Made by a program: the position numbers and the translations under genes. Source: a virus. Taken from it: a DNA stretch of 40,436 bases. The stretch covers positions 1 through 40,436 of IMG/VR virus record IMGVR_UViG_3300045988_092566; one strand, written 5' to 3'. Shown here piece by piece: positions 40,402-40,436 of this stretch (positions are counted from its first letter, which is position 1; each line of letters begins with the position of its first letter). The notes under the pieces are model-generated. The model saw nothing but the letters and a program-made list of their open reading frames with translations. It was not told the DNA's origin and made no database searches.

Positions 40402-40436
40402 GGTCGGGCTGACAGGATTTGAACCTGCGACATTCT
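40402..40436 (-). tRNA. 3' part of the host tRNA gene used as attB; the gene continues beyond the window and its identity is unresolved
   Basis: On the minus strand ...GCAGG-TTCAAAT-CCTGT-CAGCCCG-A-CC. The anticodon is not in the window. Confidence 0.7.

Larger units (their letters stand above)
1..40436. mobile_element. Complete integrated temperate siphovirus-type prophage (attL to attR)
   Basis: Identical 76-bp direct repeats lie at both ends. An integrase is adjacent to the right repeat. A full lysogeny, replication, packaging, head, tail and lysis gene set lies in between. Confidence 0.9.
40361..40436. repeat. attR: 76-bp direct repeat identical to 1-76
   Basis: An exact match to 1-76. 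Confidence 0.95.

Noticed and set aside
1-40436. CRISPR arrays, diversity-generating retroelement, rRNA genes
   Set aside because: No regularly spaced repeat-spacer arrays, no reverse transcriptase-like ORF or template/variable repeat pair, and no rRNA-like sequence were seen.

Overview
This window is a complete high-GC temperate siphovirus-type prophage, with Bifidobacterium-like actinobacterial sequence character, captured from attL to attR. The 76 bp at 1-76 and 40361-40436 are identical. They carry the 3' part of a minus-strand tRNA plus its terminator.

Gene order from right to left:
- A plus-strand lysogeny operon: CI-like XRE repressor, lipoprotein, ImmA-like protease and tyrosine integrase. 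It faces a divergent Cro-like gene across a three-operator switch.
- A minus-strand early and replication region: Xis-like HTH, SSB, replication protein with iterons, ParB-like protein, HNH, Orn-like exonuclease and many tiny translationally coupled ORFs. Three counter-oriented plus-strand genes (two membrane-anchored) are inserted here.
- A terminator, then the late operon: HNH, TerS, TerL, portal, MuF-ADP-ribosyltransferase fusion plus a small coupled ORF, scaffold, HK97-type capsid, connectors, major tail, G/GT chaperones with a CCCAAAA -1 slip site, tape measure, Dit and Tal.
- A receptor-binding protein gene.
- A coiled-coil fibre and a lysis cassette.

The stand-out feature is at 5174-8801. 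A tyrosine recombinase sits next to seven conserved 16-bp sites (six in one orientation, one inverted) and seven alternative in-frame C-terminal cassettes for the tail receptor-binding protein. This is a multi-inversion shufflon predicted to switch host range.

Other items worth follow-up:
- two non-canonical tRNA-like elements
- two G10 tracts inside structural genes
- a duplicated 35-bp element in front of two lysis genes
- phased TTATA repeats upstream of int

All calls come from reading the sequence and the ORF track. No database search was run.
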